A DNA stretch of 64,000 nucleotides, from contig JAWBTQ010000001.1 of NCBI GenBank assembly GCA_038841535.1, positions 180,142-244,141 on the forward strand. The letters are read 5' to 3'. Positions 40,276 through 50,464 of the stretch are shown piece after piece (the first letter of the stretch is position 1; each line of letters starts with the position of its first letter). Below the pieces are notes generated by a model that worked only from the letters and a program-made list of their open reading frames with translations, was not told the DNA's origin and searched no databases. Position numbers and translations under genes: made by a program. This DNA is from Sulfolobales archaeon. GTDB taxonomy: Archaea > Thermoproteota > Thermoprotei_A > Sulfolobales > NBVN01.

Positions 40276-40794
40276 TTAGGCCTGAGGTCCGGAGGTCGAT
40301 ATTCCTCCGGTTTTTCTATTTAATTTGTTCTTCACCATCTCAAGGGTATCACTTATGGTCTTCCAGTGGTTTCCCTGCCAGTACACCTTGTGACACTTGC
40401 CGCAATACCAGAAGGTATCGTACTTATTTAAGACTTCTGGTGGTACAAAAGAAGCTATTTGGGCTTTAGGTACTATCGAGAGTTTATTGTTGCAGAGGGG
40501 ACACCTTGTGTTACCTTTATCAAATTCTACGTTCAGACCTAGTTTTTCTGCTACCAGAGCGAGTATGTCAGCTATCTCCGTCAGATCCGGGGGGATATAA
40601 ACAGACTTCAAGTTCTTCTTAGTTGCTCTCTTATGCAACCCTAAGTCTCTAGTGACTATGACCCTATCGTCACGTATGGCTAAGTTGAGGATGTCTGCAT
40701 CCTGCGATTTCCTGGAGTACTCAGTATCGTAACCCAACACTCTTAACCAGCGAGCTAGGTTGCCTAGCATGTTATCTACGACGATCCTAACCAC
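40276..40794 (-). CDS. Mut7-C RNase (PIN + Zn ribbon) protein
   Basis: DNMLGNLARWLRVLGYD, TRD, RCPLCN, CGKCHKVYWQGNH. Confidence 0.92.
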   Translation of the reverse strand: MVRIVVDNMLGNLARWLRVLGYDTEYSRKSQDADILNLAIRDDRVIVTRDLGLHKRATKKNLKSVYIPPDLTEIADILALVAEKLGLNVEFDKGNTRCPLCNNKLSIVPKAQIASFVPPEVLNKYDTFWYCGKCHKVYWQGNHWKTISDTLEMVKNKLNRKTGGISTSGPQA

Positions 40795-40916
40795 TATGTA
40801 GCATCCACGTATTAAGCTTACGAAGACTTTTAAAGATCTCGGCACTCAAAAAGCGCTAAGTAATGATCCGAGCTCTAAATGCGAGAAGACGCAAGTAAGT
40901 GCCTTCTCTACTAAAG

Positions 40917-41183
40917 CTAGTCGCTCTTAGGTTCCTCTTTCGTCGTCAGAATTTTTAAAGCTTTTTCTGTTATGTGAACAAAAAACCTTTCTTCCGTAGT
41001 AGTTGTTACTCTAATCAAGCCCCTCAGCTCTAAAACCATTAGTAACCTAAGGAACTCACTAAACGAAATATCACCAGCTTTTTTAAGCTCCATAAAGAGG
41101 GAGTCACCAGCTATCGTACCTCCCGCCCTTGCCACAGTCTCCAGGATAACGACCGTTGGCACTAACTGTTGAATCCTCCTCAT
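40917..41183 (-). CDS. Small winged-helix protein
   Basis: ISFSEFLRLLMVLELRGLIRV is a wHTH-like pattern. Confidence 0.7.
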   Translation of the reverse strand: MRRIQQLVPTVVILETVARAGGTIAGDSLFMELKKAGDISFSEFLRLLMVLELRGLIRVTTTTEERFFVHITEKALKILTTKEEPKSD

Positions 41184-41716
41184 ATACGACCAATCTTAGT
41201 ATCTAGTAAACCTTATAAGCAAGTGCCTGAAACCGTAAGAATCGTTCCTTACTGTAGGTTACTATAGGCAGAGAACTTCTCTGGCATTTAAAGAAGGTTT
41301 TGTGGGCGAATCCTCCATCACCACTAGCTAGAGTAGCTGAATGACCTAAGCTCTCTACAGATTAAATGCTATAGCGGGTCCGCTATTCCAGACCTAGCTT
41401 TTAGAAAGCCCCTTTTCCAATATTCTCCGTTAGCTTAGACTAGCTATGCTAAAGTCCGCCGAAGATTGCTCTAACTGAGTTGCGAAGCTCCTTATTATCA
41501 GAAGTTTGTACTTGTCGGTTTGCGGGATTTAGTAAACGTGTTTCTCAAGGAAGCTACTTAGTAGGGCATCCACGCAGGGGCGCCCAGTACTAGAGCCTCT
41601 GCTGCCTCCGGATTTTTAACGCAAACAGGAGAGCAGACTCTGTCAAGAACATCAATATGTAGGGATGGGAAACTTGGGTGAGGTTAGACTCTGTGTGCTA
41701 GTAAGTTACGTCAACT

Positions 41717-42100
41717 CTACTTACCGCTTTCCCAAATGAAGTTGGGGACCTCTTGGACGTTTATTATTGGGACGTTTATTACTCCTGCCTTAAATCCCTT
41801 GCTTAACTCTATGTGTTCCCCTGTTTCATCTGATCTCACTACGGCATAGTTTCTGTCCATCGGCATTCTACAGCCTTCATCGGGCCAGTAATATATGAGT
41901 GGGATCCCGTAATACCTATAAAAGTCCTTAAACACTGCCATTATTCCATAAACACACACATCACCTCCCGCAACAAGCCTCAGTATGTAAGTAGGTTGAC
42001 CCATCATTATGCCTGAGGCAGCCAGCCTTACAAGATCTGCGAAATCCCTTACCCTAATCTTTACAACCTTACTCTCCAAACTCTCCAATCTAAACCCCAT
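41717..42100 (-). CDS. Conserved crenarchaeal hypothetical protein
   Basis: DLVRLAAS, YGIMAVFKDFYRYYGIPLIYY, PIINV, recalled as a crenarchaeal family. Confidence 0.72.
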   Translation of the reverse strand: MGFRLESLESKVVKIRVRDFADLVRLAASGIMMGQPTYILRLVAGGDVCVYGIMAVFKDFYRYYGIPLIYYWPDEGCRMPMDRNYAVVRSDETGEHIELSKGFKAGVINVPIINVQEVPNFIWESGK

Positions 42101-42223
42101 AATTAGGGTAATGATACACTTAAAAAGAGGTTATCTACGTAAAGCGCCTCCCGCTGTGCTGCGATGTCCGACCTACCTGCTCTCTAAAATCATCGCTAGT
42201 ACCTTCACAAATAGCGTTAGCCT

Positions 42224-42775
42224 CTAGCTTACCGGCTTTATTAAATGTATTTTACCGTCTTCAGCACTAACGGTTAGTAGGCAGTCTCCTCTTATGTAGC
42301 AAAGCGCTACGAGAGCAGATACTATTGCGTCGCGTAGGTCCTTACCTAGTGCTTTTCGTCTGTAGATACCTAAACTTACCCCAAGTTTTTCTGCGAGTAC
42401 GAAACAGTCGTTGAGCCCTGAACTCTTTAAAGCACTCCTTGGATGAGTCTCTATGACCTCGATACCTTCTGTTGATAGTCTCTCGTACAGTCTCCAACCT
42501 CTTCGAGTAAGCTTCCTCATGTATCCGAAATTGGGTGGTAGTACTCTAAAACCTCTTTTTATAGCTTCTCTATCTACGTGCCTAAACACTGGTTCTCTTG
42601 ATAAGGGAGAATCGACGCTGACTAGTCTTACTTGGTCTGATAGTATGTTGGTCATTATCTCTTCATCACTGTAGAGACAAATTGCTTTAGCCAAGGTCAT
42701 AGTATTGAGGTCTATGACTGCATATCCGCTGCAGTTATAGCTTTCAGCTGCTAGGTCCAGCCCGGAAACCTTCAT
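42224..42775 (-). CDS. DUF429 family predicted RNase H-like nuclease
   Basis: GLDLAA, VDSPLS, RHVDR, IETHPRS, DAIVSA. Confidence 0.9.
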   Translation of the reverse strand: MKVSGLDLAAESYNCSGYAVIDLNTMTLAKAICLYSDEEIMTNILSDQVRLVSVDSPLSREPVFRHVDREAIKRGFRVLPPNFGYMRKLTRRGWRLYERLSTEGIEVIETHPRSALKSSGLNDCFVLAEKLGVSLGIYRRKALGKDLRDAIVSALVALCYIRGDCLLTVSAEDGKIHLIKPVS

Positions 42776-42808
42776 ATACTGACGCCTTACTTAGAGCCTC
42801 TATATCAA

Positions 42809-42932
42809 GGTTGAGCTCTGATATAATTTCATATTATGTGATGTCGTCGCCTCATCTCCGTTCCCCCGCATCCCGCTCGGGCTCTCATCGGGCTTTGGGG
42901 TGTTCGAGGCGACCCAGAACCCCCATACCCTG
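42809..42932 (-). mobile_element. Family B element, copy 2 (tnpB-tail/omegaRNA-like)
   Basis: Aligns over about 125 nt with 31721-31845; preceded by the hairpin TGCCC...GGGCA at about 42953-42982. Confidence 0.7.
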
Positions 42933-43001
42933 AGTAGCCGAGGAACGGATAGTTGCCCGTGTCCACCAGTTTTCGTGGGCATAAGATCATTCCACCTGAG
43001 C

Positions 43002-43141
43002 ATACCGTTTCCCGCTCTAGGTTTTTTAGGTTTTCCTAGGGCGGGTTGTGCCCTCAGCCCTGCGGTTCACTGCGGCTACCAACCACTCTACGCAGGGGTC
43101 ACGGGCACCCTTCGAGCCCAACGGCACGGGGCTCACATCTA
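43002..43141 (-). mobile_element. Family A element, copy 2 (tnpB-tail/omegaRNA-like)
   Basis: Aligns over about 140 nt with 34526-34662; hairpin GAGCCC/GGGCTC; TTTATAAA at 43200-43207 upstream. Confidence 0.7.
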
Positions 43142-43539
43142 GCTCTACCTCTAGGTGTCTCGAAGTACCTCTCATCATCACGAAAAATCCCACAAAACCT
43201 TTATAAACCTAGCGCACTAAAACAGTTGCCAACCCTGTATTCCCCTACGGCTACCGGGCCTTGCTTTTATCCCAAGAGTAGTTCACGGAGCTTCGTCCCT
43301 CGTCAATGGCTCATCAGCTCACGGGCTCCGATATATCTAAGTAATCTAAGTACCAAGTACTTTTTAGTGGCTAGCTTGGAGCCGAAATCCCTGAAAATCT
43401 CTCAGGTAACTAAAAGAACCAAAAACTAAGCAACCAGCAAACAGCCCTGTAGAGTCACTCAGACATTATAGTACTTGTTTTATCCTCAAATACCTTATAT
43501 AACAAAACCAGCTTGTAAGACTTCACCTAGGAAACGGTC

Positions 43540-43920
43540 CCCAAACCATGCTCCTAATTCTCTCACCATGCCTCTCGATAGCTTTCTTAACGTCTCTAAT
43601 AAGCCTTCAGGACCTAGGATAGCGTTTCTGAATGCTCTGAATCCATATTCTGTGAGTCAGTATCTTCCTAAGAGTGTCTTGAACCTCTTGAGCCTGAGGA
43701 GCTTACCTTTGTTATTAAACACGGTTAGCGTGGTGCCGTCCAAGTTTATGTCCACGGTCATAACTGCTCTAATTGTCCTTTAGCTTAATTTTCCTGGAGT
43801 AAAATAGATACGTAGATACCTCTATCACCAACTCTCACAGTCAGTCTTCTTGGAACAGGTTTCCTACCACTGCTCCTCCTAGTAGCTTAGACTACAGCCC
43901 TAGCGTACAGGTCTACTAAA
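43540..43920 (-). pseudogene. tnpB: tnpB (IS200/IS605 RNA-guided nuclease) fragment
   Basis: Frameshifted translation GRKPVPRRLTVRV / IYVSI / RAVMTVDINLDGTTLTVF..KLLRLKRFKT / LRKILTHRIWIQSIQKRYPRS*RLIRDVKKAIERHGERIR gives RuvC-I (VDIN) plus a basic helix. Confidence 0.8.
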
Positions 43921-44039
43921 AATTTACGTGCGTAATAAGGTATTCAACGCAGACCATATAAAAACATAAAGCGTGCTACTCGAAAGAGAAACACGCCTCC
44001 GAGGCCGAACTATTTGAGGTGGGAAATATTCGCTCGAAA

Positions 44040-44114
44040 CTGGGCGTAGGTCTAATCCCCAAAGAAGGAATGAGGCCCCAAACTACTCGCCCTTAAGGGA
44101 ATAGAAGGAGTCAG
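44040..44114 (+). mobile_element. Degenerate IS200/IS605-type right-end remnant
   Basis: CTCGCCCTTAAGGGAATAGAAGGAGTCAG resembles the CTCGCCCTTyAGGGCGGGGAGGAGGTCAG-type end (recalled consensus). Confidence 0.45.
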
Positions 44115-44150
44115 AACTCATGGTAAGAGAGCCATAGCTGATGCGAGTAG

Positions 44151-45086
44151 CTATTGCTCGCACAACACTGCCTTGATTCTAGACATACACCACTTGACGT
44201 AAGGACTCGGTATACCTATTAATAGAAGGACTCTATAAAGCCATGGTGGGCGGAGGGAGAAACCGGCAGCATTCGGGTGTCCTCCGCCTCCTAGTTTTTT
44301 AGCAATTTCTCGGACGTCAACTTTGCCCCGGCTTCTTAAGCTGACAGACCCTCTCCTACATATAACGGCCATGTCGGCGTTGAACCTCGACATTAATAGT
44401 GCTGCTATATAAGAAGTAATGTGGTCTTTTACAGACTTATAGTAGTGGGCTACTCTTATTCCGCAAATATCGCTCACGCCACCCCTTTTGAGAGCCTCAG
44501 AGAGGATCTTGAGCTCTCGATCCACACTTTCCTCAACGGTTTTCGATACTTCTTCGTCGAGCAATACACCTTTAGATAGCTTAATAGCAACTTTTTTCCT
44601 CCAATCCTCGCTTTTGCTGTAACCTACATATCTAGCTAGAAAGTTCCCAACCCAGTCGTCAAAGACCCAAAGATCTAAAGAACATGCTGCTTTAGCTATG
44701 TACTCAGATGTGCTGTCTCCAAATCCGAGCTGCTTGTACACTATCCCCGCTGAACAGGTAGAAGTATCTTGACTGAGTCTAACGCCTAAGTTAAGAACGC
44801 TTTCAACCCATGAAGGATCCCAGATATGATGGTCGAACCACCAGACTCTAGAGCCATATTCAACTAGCTTCTTTATAGTACTCAAGATAGAGCTAACGTT
44901 ACCATAATTTGGACTGAGATCGCATACGTAGACCTCACACCCATCGAGACATTTGATCCTAGAGAGAGCCCTGGGTAGTGTGTGGGGTTGCGTAAACACG
45001 TACTTATCGACTTTACTCAGGCTCCGAGTTATAATAGCTGCTGACGCTATACCGTCTAAGTCCGTATGAGTGACAACGATCCTCAA
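44151..45086 (-). CDS. DHH/DHHA1 phosphoesterase
   Basis: HTDLDG, CDL, FDHH, SLRS, GGGGHPNAAG. Confidence 0.94.
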   Translation of the reverse strand: MRIVVTHTDLDGIASAAIITRSLSKVDKYVFTQPHTLPRALSRIKCLDGCEVYVCDLSPNYGNVSSILSTIKKLVEYGSRVWWFDHHIWDPSWVESVLNLGVRLSQDTSTCSAGIVYKQLGFGDSTSEYIAKAACSLDLWVFDDWVGNFLARYVGYSKSEDWRKKVAIKLSKGVLLDEEVSKTVEESVDRELKILSEALKRGGVSDICGIRVAHYYKSVKDHITSYIAALLMSRFNADMAVICRRGSVSLRSRGKVDVREIAKKLGGGGHPNAAGFSLRPPWLYRVLLLIGIPSPYVKWCMSRIKAVLCEQ

Positions 45087-45105
45087 AGTTTCTCTTTCCT
45101 TTATT

Positions 45106-45549
45106 CTACCTCATCGGCTTCTGCTTTTTGCCTTTCAATAGCTCCTTGAGTGATACTCCATTTACAGCAACTACTCTATACCTAACTCCAGGTAAGTCAC
45201 CCATCGACCTGCCTCTAGTGCCTCCAATTCCCTCTATTATCACTTCATCGTGTTCATCTATGAAGGTTATCCCGCCATCCCATGGAACAAAGGCTGTTAC
45301 AACCTTTCCGTTCTTAACTAGCTGCACCCTAACACACTTTCTTAAAGCTGAATTAGGCTGTCTAGACTCTATCCCAACCTTCTCTATAACAATACCTCTA
45401 GCCATAGGTGCTCCTTCGAGCGGGTCGTATTTCTCTTTAAGCTTTAGCATTCTCACCCTAAACTCTCTTTGCGACCATCTGAACTTTAGCCTCTTTAACC
45501 TCAGTTTCCTAGCCGCATAGAGACCCTTAGGTGCTTTCGAGCCTGGCAC
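45106..45549 (-). CDS. rps12: 30S ribosomal protein uS12
   Basis: [31 protein letters not shown]. Confidence 0.97.
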   Translation of the reverse strand: MPGSKAPKGLYAARKLRLKRLKFRWSQREFRVRMLKLKEKYDPLEGAPMARGIVIEKVGIESRQPNSALRKCVRVQLVKNGKVVTAFVPWDGGITFIDEHDEVIIEGIGGTRGRSMGDLPGVRYRVVAVNGVSLKELLKGKKQKPMR

Positions 45550-45591
45550 AGTCCACACCTCAAGTTGTCAAAGCATTATTACCTTATAAGC

Positions 45592-46026
45592 CTAAATAAT
45601 TGAGACTACGTCGATATCGAAGTATCTTTTTAGTATTGTCTTAGCCTTGTTTACGTTTTTACCTCCTTTACCTATGGCAAGACCCTTGTCCTCAGGATTT
45701 ACTCTGACGTAGAGGACCCTCTTACCGTCCTTAAGTTTCATCAAGCTTGTACCAAGAACTCTCGCCGGCAGGAATAAGTTCTTAACGAAGTCCTCCAGGT
45801 TGTCTGCCCACTCGACTACCTCTATTCGCTTGCCAAGTATCTTGGATAGCCTCTTAACGTTCGACCCTCTATTCCCGATGGCCAGACCGGCTTTACCTGG
45901 TGGAACTATAAACACTATAGCACCACTATCAGAATCTATTATGCAGTCCTTTACGTCAACACCAGTAACGTCGCTAAAGAGAGCCATATACCTTAGCTCC
46001 TCGTTACTTAGCTTTATTTCAGACAG
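45592..46026 (-). CDS. nusA: Archaeal NusA (two KH domains)
   Basis: AIGNRGSNV and AIGKGGKNV; the conserved N-terminus (M)SEIKLSNEELRYM implies a CTG start at 46026. Confidence 0.95.
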   Translation of the reverse strand: MSEIKLSNEELRYMALFSDVTGVDVKDCIIDSDSGAIVFIVPPGKAGLAIGNRGSNVKRLSKILGKRIEVVEWADNLEDFVKNLFLPARVLGTSLMKLKDGKRVLYVRVNPEDKGLAIGKGGKNVNKAKTILKRYFDIDVVSII

Positions 46027-46339
46027 ATGCTACCACCTCCGCAAACCTGGACTCCCCAAAATCTAGGATAGCCATCACTGAGACTGGAAACTGTTTCCCA
46101 CAAACTAAACCGAGATCATAACTTGTGCCTGGATACCTTATAACAGGTATTCTACCGAGGCTTGCGTAATGAATTACGTCTGCCTCAATAGTTGGCAGTA
46201 TCTTGCTGGCAACGATGATTGCCTTCGCTTTACCAGTCAATACAGCCCTTAAGCTCCTCTTACTCCCCAGTATGTACTTACCTGTTCTAATTACGTTCTT
46301 TATCTCTTTCTCCAGCTCTGGTCTAGTTAGCTCACTCAC
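46019..46339 (-). CDS. rpl30e: 50S ribosomal protein eL30
   Basis: TGKYILGSKR, LGLVCGKQF, GES. Confidence 0.95.
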   Translation of the reverse strand: MSELTRPELEKEIKNVIRTGKYILGSKRSLRAVLTGKAKAIIVASKILPTIEADVIHYASLGRIPVIRYPGTSYDLGLVCGKQFPVSVMAILDFGESRFAEVVASV

Positions 46340-47817
46340 TGAGTATCCCCACCCCTAGCTAATTGTTGTGGACTGGTTTTAAGCTCCACAATACTCGTTC
46401 CAAAGGGGATCAACTGCCCTATAATGATGTTCTCAGCAACTCCCTGCAGGCTATCGAATTCCCCGGAAGCACTAGCATCAAAAAGCTGCTTAGTGGTAAT
46501 CTCGAAAGCCGCTCTAGCTAGAACACTCTTTTTCTCGCCTACTACACCGTGTCTCCCGATCTGCCTAACTACACCTGACCAAGTCATGAGGTCTGCTACG
46601 AGCATTACGTGCCGCACGTCTACCTCAAGACCTTGCTCCCGCAGGGTATTCATCATCTCGTTTATCAGAGCCTGTCTAGCAGCTTCTATACCTAACACTC
46701 TCTCAATCTCGTGTATATCGTTAGTTCTAGTTCTCCTATGGTCTACCTGGGGTATTCCCAGAACTTCTGCTAGATTAGACCCTTCGGTTAACAGAACGTA
46801 CTCGTGCTTACCGGTAGATGGATCATATCTCCTCTGCAGTATGACCTTCTTGATCCCCTTAACTCCCTTGATTTTCGACTTAAGCAGCCTCTCCCTAAAC
46901 TTCAGTATTTTAGAGATATGTGCGTATGGCTTAGGAACTTCGATAACTAGAGTTAGTGGGTCTTCTTCATCTACCCTTACCCTACCTGCTAGAACCTTAC
47001 CCTTGGAGAGAGCTCCTACCACGTCATCCACGCTCAGGCCTTTGTCCTCGAGCATATCCCTATCTAACCGCACGATTATGCTTTCAGTTATTAGGTCTAC
47101 CTCCGCTGACTCAGTAATAGCTTCAAGGCTAGTGTACTCAAGTTTTCTCGCTATTTCGAGAGCTATGCTCAAGTCATGTTTATACTCATCCTTAAGGTAG
47201 ATCTCCATTATCGGTGTCTCCGGCCTCCTCTTAGCATCTACAAGCTCTATCAACCTAGGCAACCCTAGAGTAACGTTAAGCTCTCTAACACCAGCAAAGT
47301 GAAAGGTCCTTAACGTCATTTGGGTACTGGGCTCACCGATAGATTGCGCTGCTACTGTCCCCACAGGTTCGCCTGGCTCAACGAGTGCTCGTAAATAGGA
47401 CTGCACTATGTCTTCTCTTATTTTAACTAATTCTTCATCCGTTATAGAGTACTTATGAGCGACTTCTACCAGTTTAGAGAGCACTTCATCTACTATAGCC
47501 TGGGGAACAGTACTCCGTATCGGCTCTATATTGCTGTATACTCTATGAGACAAATTTACAAGCAATTCAAACTCTTGCCTTATCTTAGTCTCGTCGGGTC
47601 TCGCACCGTACTTTCCGAGAATTACCGACCTAATAGTATTAACCAAAACCGATGGCAGCTGCTGTTGTAGACCGTACTCCTCTATCAACCTTGCTACAAC
47701 CTCACCTGGTTCCGCAACAGCCTTACGTATTTCTTCTAGAGTACCTGGTTCAACCTTCTTAGGAGGTTGTTTTGCGGGTTTAGTTTTCCTACCCCTAGAC
47801 TTGGAGCTCTTACTCAT
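46336..47817 (-). CDS. rpoA2: RNA polymerase subunit Rpo1C (A'') with N-terminal extension
   Basis: [40 protein letters not shown]. Confidence 0.97.
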   Translation of the reverse strand: MSKSSKSRGRKTKPAKQPPKKVEPGTLEEIRKAVAEPGEVVARLIEEYGLQQQLPSVLVNTIRSVILGKYGARPDETKIRQEFELLVNLSHRVYSNIEPIRSTVPQAIVDEVLSKLVEVAHKYSITDEELVKIREDIVQSYLRALVEPGEPVGTVAAQSIGEPSTQMTLRTFHFAGVRELNVTLGLPRLIELVDAKRRPETPIMEIYLKDEYKHDLSIALEIARKLEYTSLEAITESAEVDLITESIIVRLDRDMLEDKGLSVDDVVGALSKGKVLAGRVRVDEEDPLTLVIEVPKPYAHISKILKFRERLLKSKIKGVKGIKKVILQRRYDPSTGKHEYVLLTEGSNLAEVLGIPQVDHRRTRTNDIHEIERVLGIEAARQALINEMMNTLREQGLEVDVRHVMLVADLMTWSGVVRQIGRHGVVGEKKSVLARAAFEITTKQLFDASASGEFDSLQGVAENIIIGQLIPFGTSIVELKTSPQQLARGGDTQ

Positions 47818-50462
47818 AGACTCATCCTCCACCCTACGTTCTTCACGATTATTCTCTCTATATCTACTGCTTTACCAAAAGCCGTTTTCTTGGGATTTAC
47901 CGAGTCTTCACCGTATCTAAACTGAACAAGCTCTCCATAAGAGCTTCTAACGGACATATCGTATTCAACATAGAGATCTTGTAAGGCGTTTATCAATCTT
48001 CTCTGCATGTAACCACTCTGGGAGGTTCTTACCGCAGTATCTACTAGACCCTCTCTTCCACCCGCCGAGTGGAAGAATACCTCCAGTGGTGACAGGCCCT
48101 CATAGAACGAGCTCTCAACAAACCCTCTCGCTTCAGGGGATAAGTCCCCGTACTTAAAGTGGGGAAGGACCCTACCTCTAAACCCACGCCATATTCTCTC
48201 ACCTCTGACAGACTGCTGCCCCAGCACAACCGACATTTGGGTTATGTTCAGGTTACCACCTCTAGCGCCAGTTCGAGCCATTATGTAGGTCGGGTTCGTT
48301 AAGCCCATGTACTTTATAGACGCTGAACCAGCATCATCACGAGCTCTAGCTAGTACGTCGAGTATTCTTATCTCCAGCGTTTCGCTCAGCGTCCTGCCAG
48401 GAACCGGCTCTAGCTGCCCAGTCTTAAACATCTCTATTAGTTTATGAACCTCACTATACGAGTCCTTAACAACTTTTTCAGCATCTTCTAGAGCCCTCTC
48501 TTCAGGCCTAATGTCGTCTAAAGTCATAGTAAAGCCGACCATCTCGATATACCTGAGGAACAGCTTGAAGGCTTTATTCATGAAGTCGGCACCAAACCTA
48601 ACACCTTTTTCGGAGATCAAGTAATGCATTAGAGACTTGGGCTGCTGCGACCCAATTACGGTCTTATCTATCACTCCAGCGAGAACCTTGCCCCTCTTTA
48701 CCACTAGTAAAGTATCCCAGAAGCACTCTTCTGTAGCACACTTTAAGTTGCCTGAAGAGAGCCTCGTTTCACCTATAAAGTTGAAGTCCTCAGGGATCAA
48801 GAGACTAAAGATCTGCTTACCAGTCCAGGCCTCGATCGGTGACAAGACTGCTGGCTCGGGAATTTCGCCTGAGTAGTCGATTGTGGCTAAGAGGTCGGAA
48901 ACTTGATCCTTAGTCAATAGTGTTGACTTGAGAGTTAAAAGGTACCCTCCACTTATGTAATCTTGGATTCCACCTATTATCGGACCACCGTATCTTGGAG
49001 TAAGTATGTGCTCCTCTACTAGCAAAAGCTCCTCCGCCTCAGCTCTTGCCTCAACTGTTTGTGGAACATGAAGATTCATCTCGTCGCCATCAAAATCGGC
49101 GTTATATGGTGGGCACACAGCGAGGTGTAGCCTGAAAGTCTTACCGGGGAGAACGCGAACTCTGTGCGCCATGATCGACATTTTGTGGAGTGAGGGCTGT
49201 CTGTTGAATAGAACTATATCGTTGTCTACTAAGTGTCTTTCTATGATATACCCTGGTTTGAGGCTCTCTGCTAGGGCCTTCAAGTCCTTAACGTACCTTA
49301 AGTCGAGTCTTCGCCCGGCCGGGTCTATTACGTAGTTAGCACCAGGCCACTTATAGGGACCGTTGAGTACGTACTCGCGCATCCTGTCTATATTCCACGG
49401 GGTTACGTACTCAGGAACTGTTAACGTCATAGCGACTTCGTAAGGCACTCCAACCTCGTTTATGTCTAAGTTAGGGTCTGGGCTTATTACCGTTCGAGCT
49501 GAATAATCTACCCTCTTACCGGATAGGTTGCCTCTAAATCTACCTTCTTTACCCTTAAGTCTCTGTGATAGAGTCTTAAGGGGCATTCCAGACCTTCTTT
49601 TAGCCACTGGGATTCCCGGTAGCTCGTTGTCTATATACGTCATCACGTGGTACTGAAGCAAATCCCATAGGTCCTCCACTATTATCTCAGGCGCCCCAGA
49701 GTTCAGAGCTTCCTTCAGCTTCTCATTAGCTCTAATTATATCGACTAACTTGTGTGTTAAGTCGTCTTCAGCCCTCATACCGGTCTCAAGAACTATCGAT
49801 GGTCTAACTGCGATGGGGGGTATAGGAAGAACGTTGATTACCATCCACTCAGGTCTCGCAGTCTCCGGGTCGAGACCGAGAACCTCTAAGTCGCTGCTCG
49901 GAATATTGCTGAGCCACTGCTTTATGACATCCGGATAAAGCTTGCCTCGACCTCCTTCCTCAATAAAGGTTGCTGGCTTCTCTAGCCTAATTTTGAACTG
50001 ACGTGCTTTGCAATGGGGACACTCTAGTGCCTTCGACGCCTTCTGCCTAATGAACTCCACTAAGCTGTTAGCGAGCTGAGGCCACCTATCTTTAAGCCTT
50101 CGATAAAGGTCTCGATACTTGATTACATCGTCTTCAGGTATCTTAACACGGTTGCAGGAATGACACGTAGCTTTTAGAAGCATGAAGATGTGTCTAACGA
50201 ATCCTATATGCATTACTGGCTTTGCTAGCTCTAAGTGGCCGAAGTGACCTGGACACTGAGCTAAGGTATTCCCGCACGTAGCGCATCTTTGACCTGGCTC
50301 TATCACTCCTAACCTCGGATCCATTACACCGCCTTCTATTGGTATCCCATTTTCGTCGTAGACCTCCGGAGTTACTACCGCAGTAACTGACATCTTTCTT
50401 ATCATTTCTGGCGATAGAATACCGAACTTTACACCCTTAACTACCTTCTCAGACTCTGCCAC
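47814..50462 (-). CDS. rpoA1: RNA polymerase subunit Rpo1N (A')
   Basis: CPGHFGH, catalytic [17 protein letters not shown]. Confidence 0.98.
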   Translation of the reverse strand: MAESEKVVKGVKFGILSPEMIRKMSVTAVVTPEVYDENGIPIEGGVMDPRLGVIEPGQRCATCGNTLAQCPGHFGHLELAKPVMHIGFVRHIFMLLKATCHSCNRVKIPEDDVIKYRDLYRRLKDRWPQLANSLVEFIRQKASKALECPHCKARQFKIRLEKPATFIEEGGRGKLYPDVIKQWLSNIPSSDLEVLGLDPETARPEWMVINVLPIPPIAVRPSIVLETGMRAEDDLTHKLVDIIRANEKLKEALNSGAPEIIVEDLWDLLQYHVMTYIDNELPGIPVAKRRSGMPLKTLSQRLKGKEGRFRGNLSGKRVDYSARTVISPDPNLDINEVGVPYEVAMTLTVPEYVTPWNIDRMREYVLNGPYKWPGANYVIDPAGRRLDLRYVKDLKALAESLKPGYIIERHLVDNDIVLFNRQPSLHKMSIMAHRVRVLPGKTFRLHLAVCPPYNADFDGDEMNLHVPQTVEARAEAEELLLVEEHILTPRYGGPIIGGIQDYISGGYLLTLKSTLLTKDQVSDLLATIDYSGEIPEPAVLSPIEAWTGKQIFSLLIPEDFNFIGETRLSSGNLKCATEECFWDTLLVVKRGKVLAGVIDKTVIGSQQPKSLMHYLISEKGVRFGADFMNKAFKLFLRYIEMVGFTMTLDDIRPEERALEDAEKVVKDSYSEVHKLIEMFKTGQLEPVPGRTLSETLEIRILDVLARARDDAGSASIKYMGLTNPTYIMARTGARGGNLNITQMSVVLGQQSVRGERIWRGFRGRVLPHFKYGDLSPEARGFVESSFYEGLSPLEVFFHSAGGREGLVDTAVRTSQSGYMQRRLINALQDLYVEYDMSVRSSYGELVQFRYGEDSVNPKKTAFGKAVDIERIIVKNVGWRMSL

Positions 50463-50464
50463 TG

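Noticed and set aside
31587-43783. ORFs 31587-31820, 34454-34672, 34492-34791, 42800-43003, 42900-43142, 43046-43429 and 43475-43783 as proteins
   Set aside because: They overlap the repeated non-coding elements or are antisense to the tnpB fragment, so they are better explained as element remnants.
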